Assembly: GCA_003221035.1 (NCBI GenBank)
Contig: QHUB01000030.1
Coordinates: 28,763-92,762 of the forward strand
DNA from: Gemmatimonadota bacterium
GTDB lineage: Bacteria > Gemmatimonadota > Gemmatimonadetes > Gemmatimonadales > GWC2-71-9
Reading direction: 5' to 3'
Length of the DNA: 64,000 nucleotides
The translations under genes were made by a program, and so were the position numbers. Shown here in pieces: positions 9,023-17,345 of the stretch. The notes beneath the pieces were generated by a model that saw only the letters and a list, made by a program, of their open reading frames with translations, did no database searches and had not been told where the DNA came from. Numbering within the stretch: position 1 is the first letter of the stretch; each line of letters opens with the position of its first letter.

Positions 9023-9829
9023 ATGCGAACGCCTCTGGTCGTCGCGGTGGGGTTCCTCGCCGCGAGCGCAACGGCTCTGCTCGCCCATGATCTCTTTCTA
9101 AAGCTCGAGTCATACTTTATCCCGCCGAACACCCCGGTCACGGTGGCGGTACTCAACGGAAGCTTCTCGGCCAGCGAAGGCGCGGTGACGCCGGATCGGT
9201 TGCGCGACTTGAGTCTGGCAGGTCCGGAACGGCGGGTGGCGCTGTCACGTGACGGCTGGCGCGTGCAAGGCGACACGACGTGGCTGACGCTCACCACCGG
9301 CGGGGCCGGCACCTATGTCGTCGGCGCGTCGCTGTTCCCGCGCGAGATCACTTTGACTGCGGCACAATTCAACGACTATCTGAAAGAGGACGGCATTCCG
9401 GATGTGCTGGACGCGCGAGCGCGGGACGGCGAGCTGAACAAGGACGCCCGCGAGCGCTACCAGAAACATGTCAAAGCCGTTTTCCAGGTTGGCACCGCGC
9501 GGAGCACCGCATACGGGACCGTGTTCGGATATCCGGCCGAGCTTGTGCCGGTCACCAATCCCTATGCGGCCGGCGTGGGAGACACGCTGGCGTTCCGCGC
9601 CCTCGTGGATGGCCGACCCGCGGTCGATCAGCTCGTCATCGCCGGCGGCGAGCAGGATGGCAAGGCGCGTGACGAAGTGCGCGCGCGAAGCGATTCCACG
9701 GGTGTCGCCCGATTCGCCATCACTGGGCCGGGGAAGTGGTACATCAAGTTTATCCGGATGGTGCCCGTGCGCGGCGACAGCGTGAACTACGAATCGAAGT
9801 GGGCGACGTTGACCTTCCAGGTACGGTGA
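9023..9829 (+). CDS. DUF4198 domain-containing periplasmic protein
   Basis: Signal peptide followed by the AHDLFL mature N-terminus typical of DUF4198. Ig-like C-terminal part. Confidence 0.7.
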   Translation: MRTPLVVAVGFLAASATALLAHDLFLKLESYFIPPNTPVTVAVLNGSFSASEGAVTPDRLRDLSLAGPERRVALSRDGWRVQGDTTWLTLTTGGAGTYVVGASLFPREITLTAAQFNDYLKEDGIPDVLDARARDGELNKDARERYQKHVKAVFQVGTARSTAYGTVFGYPAELVPVTNPYAAGVGDTLAFRALVDGRPAVDQLVIAGGEQDGKARDEVRARSDSTGVARFAITGPGKWYIKFIRMVPVRGDSVNYESKWATLTFQVR

Positions 9830-9830
9830 C

Positions 9831-10385
9831 ATGGAAACCTCCGCACACGCGCTGCTTTCACGCTGGGAGACGTTTTACTTCCTCGTCGGCTCATCGGGGG
9901 CGGCGCTCACCGGGCTCATGTTCATCGTGATCACCCTGGTGATGGACACACGACTGCCGCGCTCGCTGGACACGGTGAACGCGTTTGCGACGCCCAACGT
10001 CCTTCATTTCGCCGTGGTGTTCCTGTTGTCGGCCGTGCTCACTGCGCCGTGGCAGGGCGATCGCAGTCCGGCGCACGTACTCGGTGCGATCGCGCTCGCC
10101 GGCGTCGTGTATGTGCTGATCGTACTGCGACGCATGCGGCGCCAGGACGGCTACAAGCCAGTGCTGGAGGATTGGACCTGGCATCTGCTTCTTCCGATGG
10201 CCGCATATGCGATGCTGTTCGTGGGTGCCGCAGGGCTCTCGCATGACCAGGAATGGTCGTTGTTTCTGATCGGTGCCGTCGCCTTGCTGCTCTTGTTCAT
10301 CGGGATTCACAACGCGTGGGATACGGTCACCTACATGGTGCTGAATCGGAATGATGGGCTGCCGGACCAGGAGAAGCCGAAATGA
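9831..10385 (+). CDS. Integral membrane protein (about 4 TM), unknown function
   Basis: Four clear hydrophobic helices. Begins 2 nt after the DUF4198 stop. Confidence 0.6.
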   Translation: METSAHALLSRWETFYFLVGSSGAALTGLMFIVITLVMDTRLPRSLDTVNAFATPNVLHFAVVFLLSAVLTAPWQGDRSPAHVLGAIALAGVVYVLIVLRRMRRQDGYKPVLEDWTWHLLLPMAAYAMLFVGAAGLSHDQEWSLFLIGAVALLLLFIGIHNAWDTVTYMVLNRNDGLPDQEKPK

Positions 10386-10699
10386 TCCACCGCCGCGAGC
10401 TGCTCCGCCGTCAGGTCCCAGGCCGCATTGCAGAATTGAACGCCCCGTTCCGGGAGGGCGCGGCACGCGTCCCCGGTGTTACGTTGCACACGCCCCGCGA
10501 TCCGGCGTTGTCCGGCGGGATCTCCTGCTTCGAAGTGCGGGGCATGGCGCCGGGACAGGTGGTCGCCCGGCTTGCGGAAAAGAAGATCCGGACGACAACA
10601 TCTCCGTATAAGGTCACCTACGCCCGCGTGTCCGCGGGCATCATGAACAAACCGGAAGAAATCGATTTGGTCCTGCGGGAAATCAGAGCCCTGACTTAG
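10382..10699 (+). pseudogene. C-terminal remnant of a class V aminotransferase-fold PLP enzyme
   Basis: The 105-aa ORF reads like the last domain of class V enzymes (GVTLHTPRDPALSGGISCFEVRGMAPGQVVARLAEKKIRTTTSPY...ARVSAGIMNKPEEIDLVLREI). The roughly 300 aa with the PLP-Lys region that should precede it are absent. Confidence 0.5.
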
Positions 10700-10710
10700 A
10701 GGAGGGGAGT

Positions 10711-12390
10711 GTGCAGGCACAGAGCTACGATGCCATCGTGGTTGGCTCCGGCATCTCCGGCGGCTGGGCGGCGAAGGAATTGACGGAGAAGGGTCTTCGT
10801 GTCCTGCTGCTCGAGCGCGGCAAGAACATCGAGCACATCAAAGACTATGTGAACGCCACCAAGGGGCCGTGGCAGTATCCGCATCGGGGCGGGCGCACGA
10901 GAGCGATGGAAGACGCGTATCCGGTGCTCAAGCGCGACTATCCGCTGAACGAGAAGAACCTGGACTGGTGGGCCTCGGATCAGGAATCGCCGTACACCGA
11001 AGTGAAGCGGTTCGACTGGTATCGCGGCTATCACGTCGGCGGCCGGTCGCTGATGTGGGGCCGGGTCAGTCTGCGCTGGAGCGACTTCGACTTCGAGGCG
11101 AACGCGAAAGACGGCATCGCGATCGATTGGCCGATTCGCTACGCCGACATCGCGCCCTGGTACGACTACGTCGAACGCCATGCCGGCATCGCGGGCTCGC
11201 GCGAAGGCCTGGCGCAACTGCCGGACGGCCAGTTCCAGCCGCCCATGCCTCTCAACTGTGGTGAAGAGCTGATCGCCGGCCGACTGAAGGACAAGTTCGA
11301 CGGCAAGCGGCGGATCATTCCGGGCCGCACGGCGAATCTCACCCAGCCGCGGCCGGGTCGAGCGCCGTGCCAATACCGCAACGCCTGCTGGCTCGGCTGT
11401 CCGTTCGGCGGCTACTTCAGCACGCAGTCGTCCACGTTGCCGGCGGCGATGGCAACCGGTCGGCTGACCCTGCGGCCGTTCGCAATCGTCAGCGAAGTGC
11501 TCTACGACAAGAACACGAAGCGCGCGACGGGCGTGCGCGTGCTCGACGCGATGACGAATCAGTGGAACGACTATTCCGCAAAGATCATTTTCCTGTGCGC
11601 ATCCACGCTGAACTCGACGTGGCTGCTGATGCGCTCCGCAACCGATATGTGGCCGGGCGGCCTCGGCTCGAGCTCGGACGCGCTCGGCCGAAACCTGATG
11701 GACCATCATTTCCGCGTCGGCGCCTCGGGCACGATTGAAGGCCTGAACGACAAGTACTATCACGGTCGCCGGCCGACCGGATTTTACATTCCCCGCTACC
11801 GCAACCTCTTCGGCGAGAAGCGCGATTATCTGCGCGGGTTCGGCTACCAGGGCGGCGCGAGTCGCTCGGGCTGGTCGCGCGGCGTCGCTGAGCTCGGGGT
11901 GGGCGGCACGTTCAAAGACCTCATGGCGCAGCCGGGGGATTGGAGCATCGGCGGCACGGCATTCGGCGAGATGTTGCCGAATCCAGCCAACCGCGTGACG
12001 CTGGACCAGACCAAGAAGGACAAGTGGGGCATGCCGGTGCTGGCGATCGACTGCGCGACCGGCGAGAACGAGGCGCGGATGCGCAAGGACATGATGAACG
12101 ACATGGCCGAGATGCTCGAAGCGTCGGGCGTGAAGAGCGTGAACACGTACGACGGCGGCTACTGGCCGGGCATGGGCATCCACGAGATGGGTACGGCACG
12201 GATGGGAAAGGATCCCAAGACGTCTGTCCTCAACTCCCACAATCAGGTTTGGGATGCGCCGAACGTGTTCGTGACCGACGGGTCGCAAATGGTATCCACC
12301 AACTGCGTCAATCCATCACTCACCTACATGGCGATGACAGCGCGCGCGGCGGATTTTGCCGTGAGCGAGCTGAAGCGCCGGAACCTCTAG
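10711..12390 (+). CDS. GMC-family FAD oxidoreductase (gluconate 2-dehydrogenase flavoprotein-like)
   Basis: N-terminal YDAIVVGSGISGGWAAKELTEKGLRVLLLERG. C-terminal GTARMG...VVD motif region. 559 aa. Confidence 0.9.
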   Translation: MQAQSYDAIVVGSGISGGWAAKELTEKGLRVLLLERGKNIEHIKDYVNATKGPWQYPHRGGRTRAMEDAYPVLKRDYPLNEKNLDWWASDQESPYTEVKRFDWYRGYHVGGRSLMWGRVSLRWSDFDFEANAKDGIAIDWPIRYADIAPWYDYVERHAGIAGSREGLAQLPDGQFQPPMPLNCGEELIAGRLKDKFDGKRRIIPGRTANLTQPRPGRAPCQYRNACWLGCPFGGYFSTQSSTLPAAMATGRLTLRPFAIVSEVLYDKNTKRATGVRVLDAMTNQWNDYSAKIIFLCASTLNSTWLLMRSATDMWPGGLGSSSDALGRNLMDHHFRVGASGTIEGLNDKYYHGRRPTGFYIPRYRNLFGEKRDYLRGFGYQGGASRSGWSRGVAELGVGGTFKDLMAQPGDWSIGGTAFGEMLPNPANRVTLDQTKKDKWGMPVLAIDCATGENEARMRKDMMNDMAEMLEASGVKSVNTYDGGYWPGMGIHEMGTARMGKDPKTSVLNSHNQVWDAPNVFVTDGSQMVSTNCVNPSLTYMAMTARAADFAVSELKRRNL

Positions 12391-12420
12391 GATTCGGGAT
12401 CAAGGAGCCGGAAGCCAACC

Positions 12421-13104
12421 ATGGACATATCCAAACATGTTGATATGACGGCCTCACCCCCTGACTCCCACTCCCCTTCGCCTGCCGGCTCAGGGCAGGC
12501 TATTCCGGAAACGGGGAACACCGGGATCGACCGCCGCGAAGCGATAAAACGCGTGTCCATGCTTCTGGGCGGGCTCGCGTTCGCGGGGACTGGCCTTTTA
12601 AACGCGGTGGAAAACGCTCACGGCCGAGCCGCGCGGGTCACGGCGACTCGTGCACAGGTCGGGGCGTTCACGGCGCAGGACATCGCGCTGCTCGATGAGG
12701 TGGCAGATACGATTCTGCCCGATACTAAGACACCGGGCGCCAAGGCGGCACACACCGGTGCGTTCATGGCCCTGATGGTGACCGACACGTATGACGATCA
12801 GCAGCAGGCGACCTTCCGGGACGGGCTCCAGAAGGTGAATGCCGCGACTTTCATGACCAAGACGCCGGCCGAGCGGCTCGCGTTCCTCGAACAGCTGGAC
12901 AAGGACGCGAAGGCGTACATGGACACGCGGGCCCGCGGCGCGCCGTCGCATTATTTCCGGCAAATCAAGGAGCTGACGCTGCTCGGCTATTTCACGTCGG
13001 AGATCGGTTGCACGCAGGCGATGCGGTACGAGGAGACGCCGGGCCGGTTCGAGCCGTGCGTCCCGTATACGCCGGGTGAGACCGCGTGGGCAGGACACGC
13101 CTAA
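12421..13104 (+). CDS. Gluconate 2-dehydrogenase subunit 3-family protein (Tat-type signal)
   Basis: IDRREAIKRVSMLLGGLAFAG signal. LPDTKTPGAKAAHTGAF motif characteristic of the family. Lies directly downstream of the GMC flavoprotein. Confidence 0.75.
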   Translation: MDISKHVDMTASPPDSHSPSPAGSGQAIPETGNTGIDRREAIKRVSMLLGGLAFAGTGLLNAVENAHGRAARVTATRAQVGAFTAQDIALLDEVADTILPDTKTPGAKAAHTGAFMALMVTDTYDDQQQATFRDGLQKVNAATFMTKTPAERLAFLEQLDKDAKAYMDTRARGAPSHYFRQIKELTLLGYFTSEIGCTQAMRYEETPGRFEPCVPYTPGETAWAGHA

Positions 13105-13529
13105 AGATTTGGGCCGCCGGGCTCGCCGTGCTGGCCGCGTGCCAGTCCGAGCCCAGCGGTCCGGTTTCGTTGCCGCTCGCGGATGCGGCCTCGATTCATT
13201 TGTTCGCTACCAATGGCGATGATTGGACATCACATGTTCCGCTGACAACAGGTTACACCGCGCGGATCGCTGTAAAGCTCTACACGGCGTCCGGTCGCGA
13301 AATTACCCCGCCGCTGCATCCGCTCGATATGAGTTTCAGCTTTGCGCCCGCCACGCTGGCAGCCGCAACGGTCGCCGATAGCGCGCTGTTGTTGTTCGAT
13401 ATCACCCCACATGATCCACCGGGCGCCGACGGCGGTGTGACCGTCGAGCTCACGGAGCCGTTGAGCGGCACGACGAAGTCATTCGGGCAGTTCTATGTGC
13501 TGGTCCATCCTGCCACCGCCTCTCGGTGA
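13086..13529 (+). CDS. Lipoprotein, unknown function
   Basis: GTG start. MGRTRLKIWAAGLAVLAAC carries a lipobox. Overlaps both neighbours, which suggests translational coupling. Confidence 0.55.
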   Translation: MGRTRLKIWAAGLAVLAACQSEPSGPVSLPLADAASIHLFATNGDDWTSHVPLTTGYTARIAVKLYTASGREITPPLHPLDMSFSFAPATLAAATVADSALLLFDITPHDPPGADGGVTVELTEPLSGTTKSFGQFYVLVHPATASR

Positions 13530-14677
13530 TGCGAACTCCCGGTGTGGTCTGTCTTGCGATGCTCTTCGCACAAACCGTCCTCGCACAGCACCACGAGATG
13601 CATACGATGTCGAAATCGGGGTGGCAGGCAGCCTTTGCCGGAACGGCGTTCGTGCAGTACGTGCAGACATTCGACACGCGCGGTGCGTACCAGTTCGGCA
13701 GCGTCAATCGCGTAATGCTGCACGCGACCGGGCCGGGTGCAGGTGGGACCGTTGGCCTCCACGTGATGGGAAGCGCCGAGCTGCTGACGTTGGGTGCACG
13801 CGGCGCGCCGCAACTCCTGCAGGCTGCCTTCCACGCCAATGGCGAGATGGTGACCGATCACGTGCATCCGTCGCCGTGGCTGATGGAGCTCGCCGGATCC
13901 TACGACGCCGTATTATCGGAGGATCTCGCCGTCTCGTTCTACGCCGCGGCCATCGGCGAACCGGTGCTCGGCCCGCCAGTGTATTTGCACCGCGCGTCGG
14001 CCACAGCGAATCCCGTCGTGCCCCTCGGCCATCATTTGCAGGACGATACCCATTCGAGCTACGGGGTCCTGTCCTACGGCATGCGCTGGCCGGGCCTGCA
14101 GCTCGAGCTCTCCGCGTTCAACGATCGTCAGCCCGAAGAGGTGGGTCCGGTTTTCTACTATGACGGGGCCCGGCTCGATGCGTCCGCGGGTCGCGCGACG
14201 ATCAGCGCCGGGAAGGGATGGAGTCTCTTCGGGACATATGGCTACATGCCGGCGACGACCGGCGGCCACGCGCACGATGCGCAGCACCGGATCGGCGTCG
14301 GCGCTCTGCGCGATGCGAAACCTTGGTCACTCAGCATCGTGTACGCCGCGAACAACCCTGTTGGCGCCGCCGGCCCGCGTCACAGCCTGTTGGCGGAAGG
14401 TCAGTGGGAGGGGGCCGACCGATCAGCCCTTTACTTCCGGGTCGAGTACGTGCAGCGCACGGCGGAGGAGCTGGCGCTGGTCGGGTCGATCAGCGCGATT
14501 CAGGACATCGAGTCGATGCAGGTCGGATACAGCCGAGCCTTGGCGTCGCGCGGCACGGTCGTGGGCCGGCTCGGCGCTCACATAACGGTGGATCTCGTAG
14601 GCTTGCAGCTCGAGCCGTTTTATGGGATGGCCACGCCTTTCGGAATCGCCGTGTACGGCGAGCTTACGGCGCCTTGA
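13526..14677 (+). CDS. Secreted uncharacterised protein, putative outer-membrane beta-barrel (paralog 1)
   Basis: Signal peptide ending VLA|QHHEMH. No hydrophobic helices. Shares many motifs with ORF 17229..18599 (GEPxLGP, HRxSAxxNxxxPLxHHxQDxTHxSxGVL, FNxRxPxE, RLDxxxGR, VQxTAExLxL, LxPFYG). Confidence 0.6.
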   Translation: MMRTPGVVCLAMLFAQTVLAQHHEMHTMSKSGWQAAFAGTAFVQYVQTFDTRGAYQFGSVNRVMLHATGPGAGGTVGLHVMGSAELLTLGARGAPQLLQAAFHANGEMVTDHVHPSPWLMELAGSYDAVLSEDLAVSFYAAAIGEPVLGPPVYLHRASATANPVVPLGHHLQDDTHSSYGVLSYGMRWPGLQLELSAFNDRQPEEVGPVFYYDGARLDASAGRATISAGKGWSLFGTYGYMPATTGGHAHDAQHRIGVGALRDAKPWSLSIVYAANNPVGAAGPRHSLLAEGQWEGADRSALYFRVEYVQRTAEELALVGSISAIQDIESMQVGYSRALASRGTVVGRLGAHITVDLVGLQLEPFYGMATPFGIAVYGELTAP

Positions 14678-15386
14678 GAGAAGCCTCGCTGCGACGGCTG
14701 CGGACGTGAAGCATCGGCACGACAATTCCGCTTGCTGTGCCCATCACCGCTCCCACGATCACGTCGCTCGGAAAGTGTCGTCCATCCGCGACCCGCTCGA
14801 AGGCGACGCTGCTCCCCACGCCCAGCGCAACCAGCCAGGGCCAATACTTCTCACCGTGACGCAACCGCATCGTCATGGCCGCGGCCGAGAGGGCAGCGAA
14901 TGTCAGTGACGTGTGGCCGGAATAGAACGACCGGTACCCGCCGGGCTTGTTGATGAGATTCGGATCACCCGCGTACGTCCGAGGCAGCGGGCGCTGCACG
15001 ATGAACTTTGCGGCGGTTGCCAGTGCTCCGTTCACCAGCAATGTCTGCGCAAATATCGCCGCGTCCTCGCGGAAGACGTTTTGATCACGTACCGCAAATG
15101 CGTCGAAGGCCAGCGGCAGAATCGTCACCATGCCGGCGGTGAGATCGCTCAGCTGCCGGGCGAAATCGTTCTGGTTGCCGATCGCGCCGCGGTCGAAGCT
15201 GTTTACCTCGGCGGGATTGCAGGGGCATCTCGGCGTGATCAAGTGGTCCGCGAAGACATAGGGCAGGGTGACCGCGAGGGCGGCGGTAATCGTCACCGGG
15301 ATATCGATCTTCGGAGTCACCTGATAGATCGATCCTGGTCGCTGTGTTTGCACGAGCGACAGGAGCAATGGGAGCAGGATCGGCAT
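14664..15386 (-). CDS. PAP2-superfamily phosphatase (membrane)
   Basis: Motifs KxxxxxxRP-like, YSGHTS and ERVADGRHFPSDV. Start is set at MPILLPLLL (ATG 15386). Confidence 0.8.
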   Translation of the reverse strand: MPILLPLLLSLVQTQRPGSIYQVTPKIDIPVTITAALAVTLPYVFADHLITPRCPCNPAEVNSFDRGAIGNQNDFARQLSDLTAGMVTILPLAFDAFAVRDQNVFREDAAIFAQTLLVNGALATAAKFIVQRPLPRTYAGDPNLINKPGGYRSFYSGHTSLTFAALSAAAMTMRLRHGEKYWPWLVALGVGSSVAFERVADGRHFPSDVIVGAVMGTASGIVVPMLHVRSRRSEASLKAP

Positions 15387-15511
15387 TGCCCCAATACCCC
15401 GCTCAGCCGCTAACGGGCGCTGACCTGCACCGCTACGGTCGACGCATTGTTGCCTCAGCAGTGCTCCCACCTGGAGCAGTGGCCTGAGCCGGACTTTTGC
15501 GCGTAGGTGCC

Positions 15512-15528
15512 TTTACACTTTCTATACT
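15512..15528 (+). promoter_or_regulatory. AT-rich KdpE-box-like element upstream of kdpF
   Basis: TTTACAcTTTCTATACT: half-sites TTTACA and TATACT start 11 bp apart, inside an otherwise GC-rich spacer. This resembles the E. coli kdpFABC operator TTTATA-n5-TTTACA (recalled from memory). Confidence 0.3.
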
Positions 15529-15595
15529 CCGACGCGCCGATTCCAAACTCCACCTTGAGGTCCCGCCCCGCCAAAATAGGCGCGTGGACCTTGTC

Positions 15596-15679
15596 ATGGT
15601 TGGGATCGCATTCGCATTCTTTGTCCTGACTGTCGCGCTCATTCGGCTGTGCGACGGCCTCATGAGAGAACACCAGTGA
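15596..15679 (+). CDS. Candidate 27-aa hydrophobic peptide coupled to kdpF
   Basis: ATG 15596 encodes [27 protein letters not shown]. Its TGA overlaps the GTG of kdpF (GTGA). Confidence 0.3.
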   Translation: MVGIAFAFFVLTVALIRLCDGLMREHQ

Positions 15680-15768
15680 CCGCGACCTATTGGATCGCCG
15701 GACTGCTCGCGCTCGCGCTGCTGGCCTACCTGTTCTTTGCACTCCTCAAGCCAGAGCGCTGGTCATGA
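15676..15768 (+). CDS. kdpF: K+-transporting ATPase subunit F
   Basis: Own translation gives V(M)[29 protein letters not shown], a 30-aa single helix with the KdpF-typical ALLxPERx ending. ATGA overlap with the kdpA start. Confidence 0.8.
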   Translation: MTATYWIAGLLALALLAYLFFALLKPERWS

Positions 15769-16450
15769 CCGCCAACGGCTGGCTCCAAATCGCCATTTAC
15801 CTGGTGGCGCTCTGGCGTTGGCGGTGCCACTCGGTGCGTACATGGCTCGCATTTACGATGGCGAGCGAGTTTGGCTCTCGCGGATCTTTGGGCCACTCGA
15901 GCGGGCTCTCTACCGCCTAGCCGGCATCCGCGCCGAGCAGGAGATGTCGTGGCGCCCATACGCCGGGGCGCTGCTGCTCTTCAGCGCAGCGAGCTTCGTC
16001 GTGGTCTACGCGCTCCAGCGGCTGCAGGGGTTGCTGCCGCTGAATCCGGCGGCGCTCGGCAGCGTGACTAGCCACCTCGCCTTCAATACGGCGGTGAGCT
16101 TTGCGACGAACACGAACTGGCAATCGTACGGGGGCGAAACGACCCTGAGCTACCTGACCCAGATGGTCGGCTCACGGTACAGAACTTCGTTTCGGCGGCC
16201 GTGGGAATGGCGGTGCTGGCGGCTCTCGCGCGCGCCTTTGCACGGCGCGAGACGCGAACTATCGGGAATTTTTGGGTGGACCTGACCCGTAGCACGCTCT
16301 ACATCCTCCTGCAGCTGTCGTTCATCCTCGCGCTAGTGCTGGTGTCGCAGGGCGTCGTCCAGACGTTCGCCGGGCCGGCGCACGCGACACTTGTCGATCC
16401 TGCGAACTGCGAGCGATAGCGTGCTCACGGCGCAGACGATTGCCGTCGGT
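15765..16450 (+). pseudogene. kdpA: kdpA remnant: N-terminal ~230 codons with three frameshifts, then truncated
   Basis: A KdpA-like sequence is only maintained by switching frames. The switches are at ~15811-15813 ([16 protein letters not shown] | [18 protein letters not shown]), ~16170 (LSYLTQMVG | [19 protein letters not shown]) and ~16405 (LVDPA | [15 protein letters not shown]). It ends at ~16450. Confidence 0.85.
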
Positions 16451-16455
16451 TCAGA

Positions 16456-17010
16456 AATCCCGATGTCATCCTGCTGGATCTGGGCCTTCCCGATGCGGAC
16501 GGCATCGATCTCACCCGACGCATTCGCGAATGGTCGGCGACACCGATCATCGTGATTTCGGCGCGCGGTAAGGAGCAGGATAAGATCGCCGCGCTCGACG
16601 CCGGGGCTGATGACTATCTCACCAAGCCGTTTGACGTGGGTGAGCTGATGGCACGCCTGCGCGTGGCGCTGCGTCACGCAGCCCGGCCGGCCGGCGCCGC
16701 CCCGGACCCCGTCTTCGCCGTCGGCGATCTTCGCGTGGATCTCGTCAAAAGGCAGGTGTTCGTCGGCGCGCGAGAGGTTCACCTCACGCCAACGGAGTAT
16801 AAGCTGCTCACCCTGATGATTCGGCATGCGGGAAAGGTCCTCACGCATCGACAATTGCTGAAGGATGTGTGGGGCCCGAATGCCGTGGAGCATGCGCATT
16901 ACGTCCGCGTGTACATGACGCAGCTGCGACGAAAACTGGAAGCCGACGCTACCAGGCCGAAGTACTTGCTGACGGAACCGGGTGTTGGATATCGGCTGCG
17001 ACCGGAATGA
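16456..17010 (+). pseudogene. kdpE: kdpE-type OmpR-family response regulator lacking its first ~45 codons
   Basis: Reading starts mid-receiver at NPDVILLDLGLPDADGIDL...ISARGKEQDKIAALDAGADDYLTKPF, followed by the winged-helix part LTPTEYKLLTLMIRHAGKVLTHRQLL...GVGYRL. No start codon or N-terminal acidic pocket. Abuts the kdpA remnant directly. Confidence 0.8.
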
Positions 17011-17345
17011 ATCGACCACCGGCGGGTGTGATCGGTATCGCCGTCTTCTTTGCGTTCGGGGCAATCATGGCGTCGCTCGCCACGCTCACGCTGCTGATGC
17101 CCGCTTCGACCCTCCAGAACATCTGGCGTTTGAACCCGCAAGCGCGTGACGGGCTATTGAGGATGGGTCCTTGGGGAATCGGCCTGATGGGTGTGGAGCA
17201 TCGTGTCAGCAGCACATTGCGATTCCCGCTATTCATGGTTGTGCTCCCGCATGCCCAACATGGGCGTGATGTTGCCGGCCATGTCATGCCGAGCATGAAG
17301 TGGCCGCACACGTACGAATATCATTCCACCGATCGGCGTACGTGA
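17007..17345 (+). CDS. Small membrane protein, hypothetical (possibly truncated)
   Basis: ATGA overlap with the kdpE stop. MNRPPAGVIGIAVFFAFGAIMASLATLTLLMP has a TM helix. The last 117 nt overlap the convergent gene, so the 3' extent is doubtful. Confidence 0.3.
   Translation: MNRPPAGVIGIAVFFAFGAIMASLATLTLLMPASTLQNIWRLNPQARDGLLRMGPWGIGLMGVEHRVSSTLRFPLFMVVLPHAQHGRDVAGHVMPSMKWPHTYEYHSTDRRT

Noticed and set aside
10696-12288. 530-aa minus-strand ORF opposite the GMC oxidoreductase
   Set aside because: It is an antisense artefact. The plus-strand product has a clear FAD-binding fingerprint and GMC motifs, and the minus-strand product has none.
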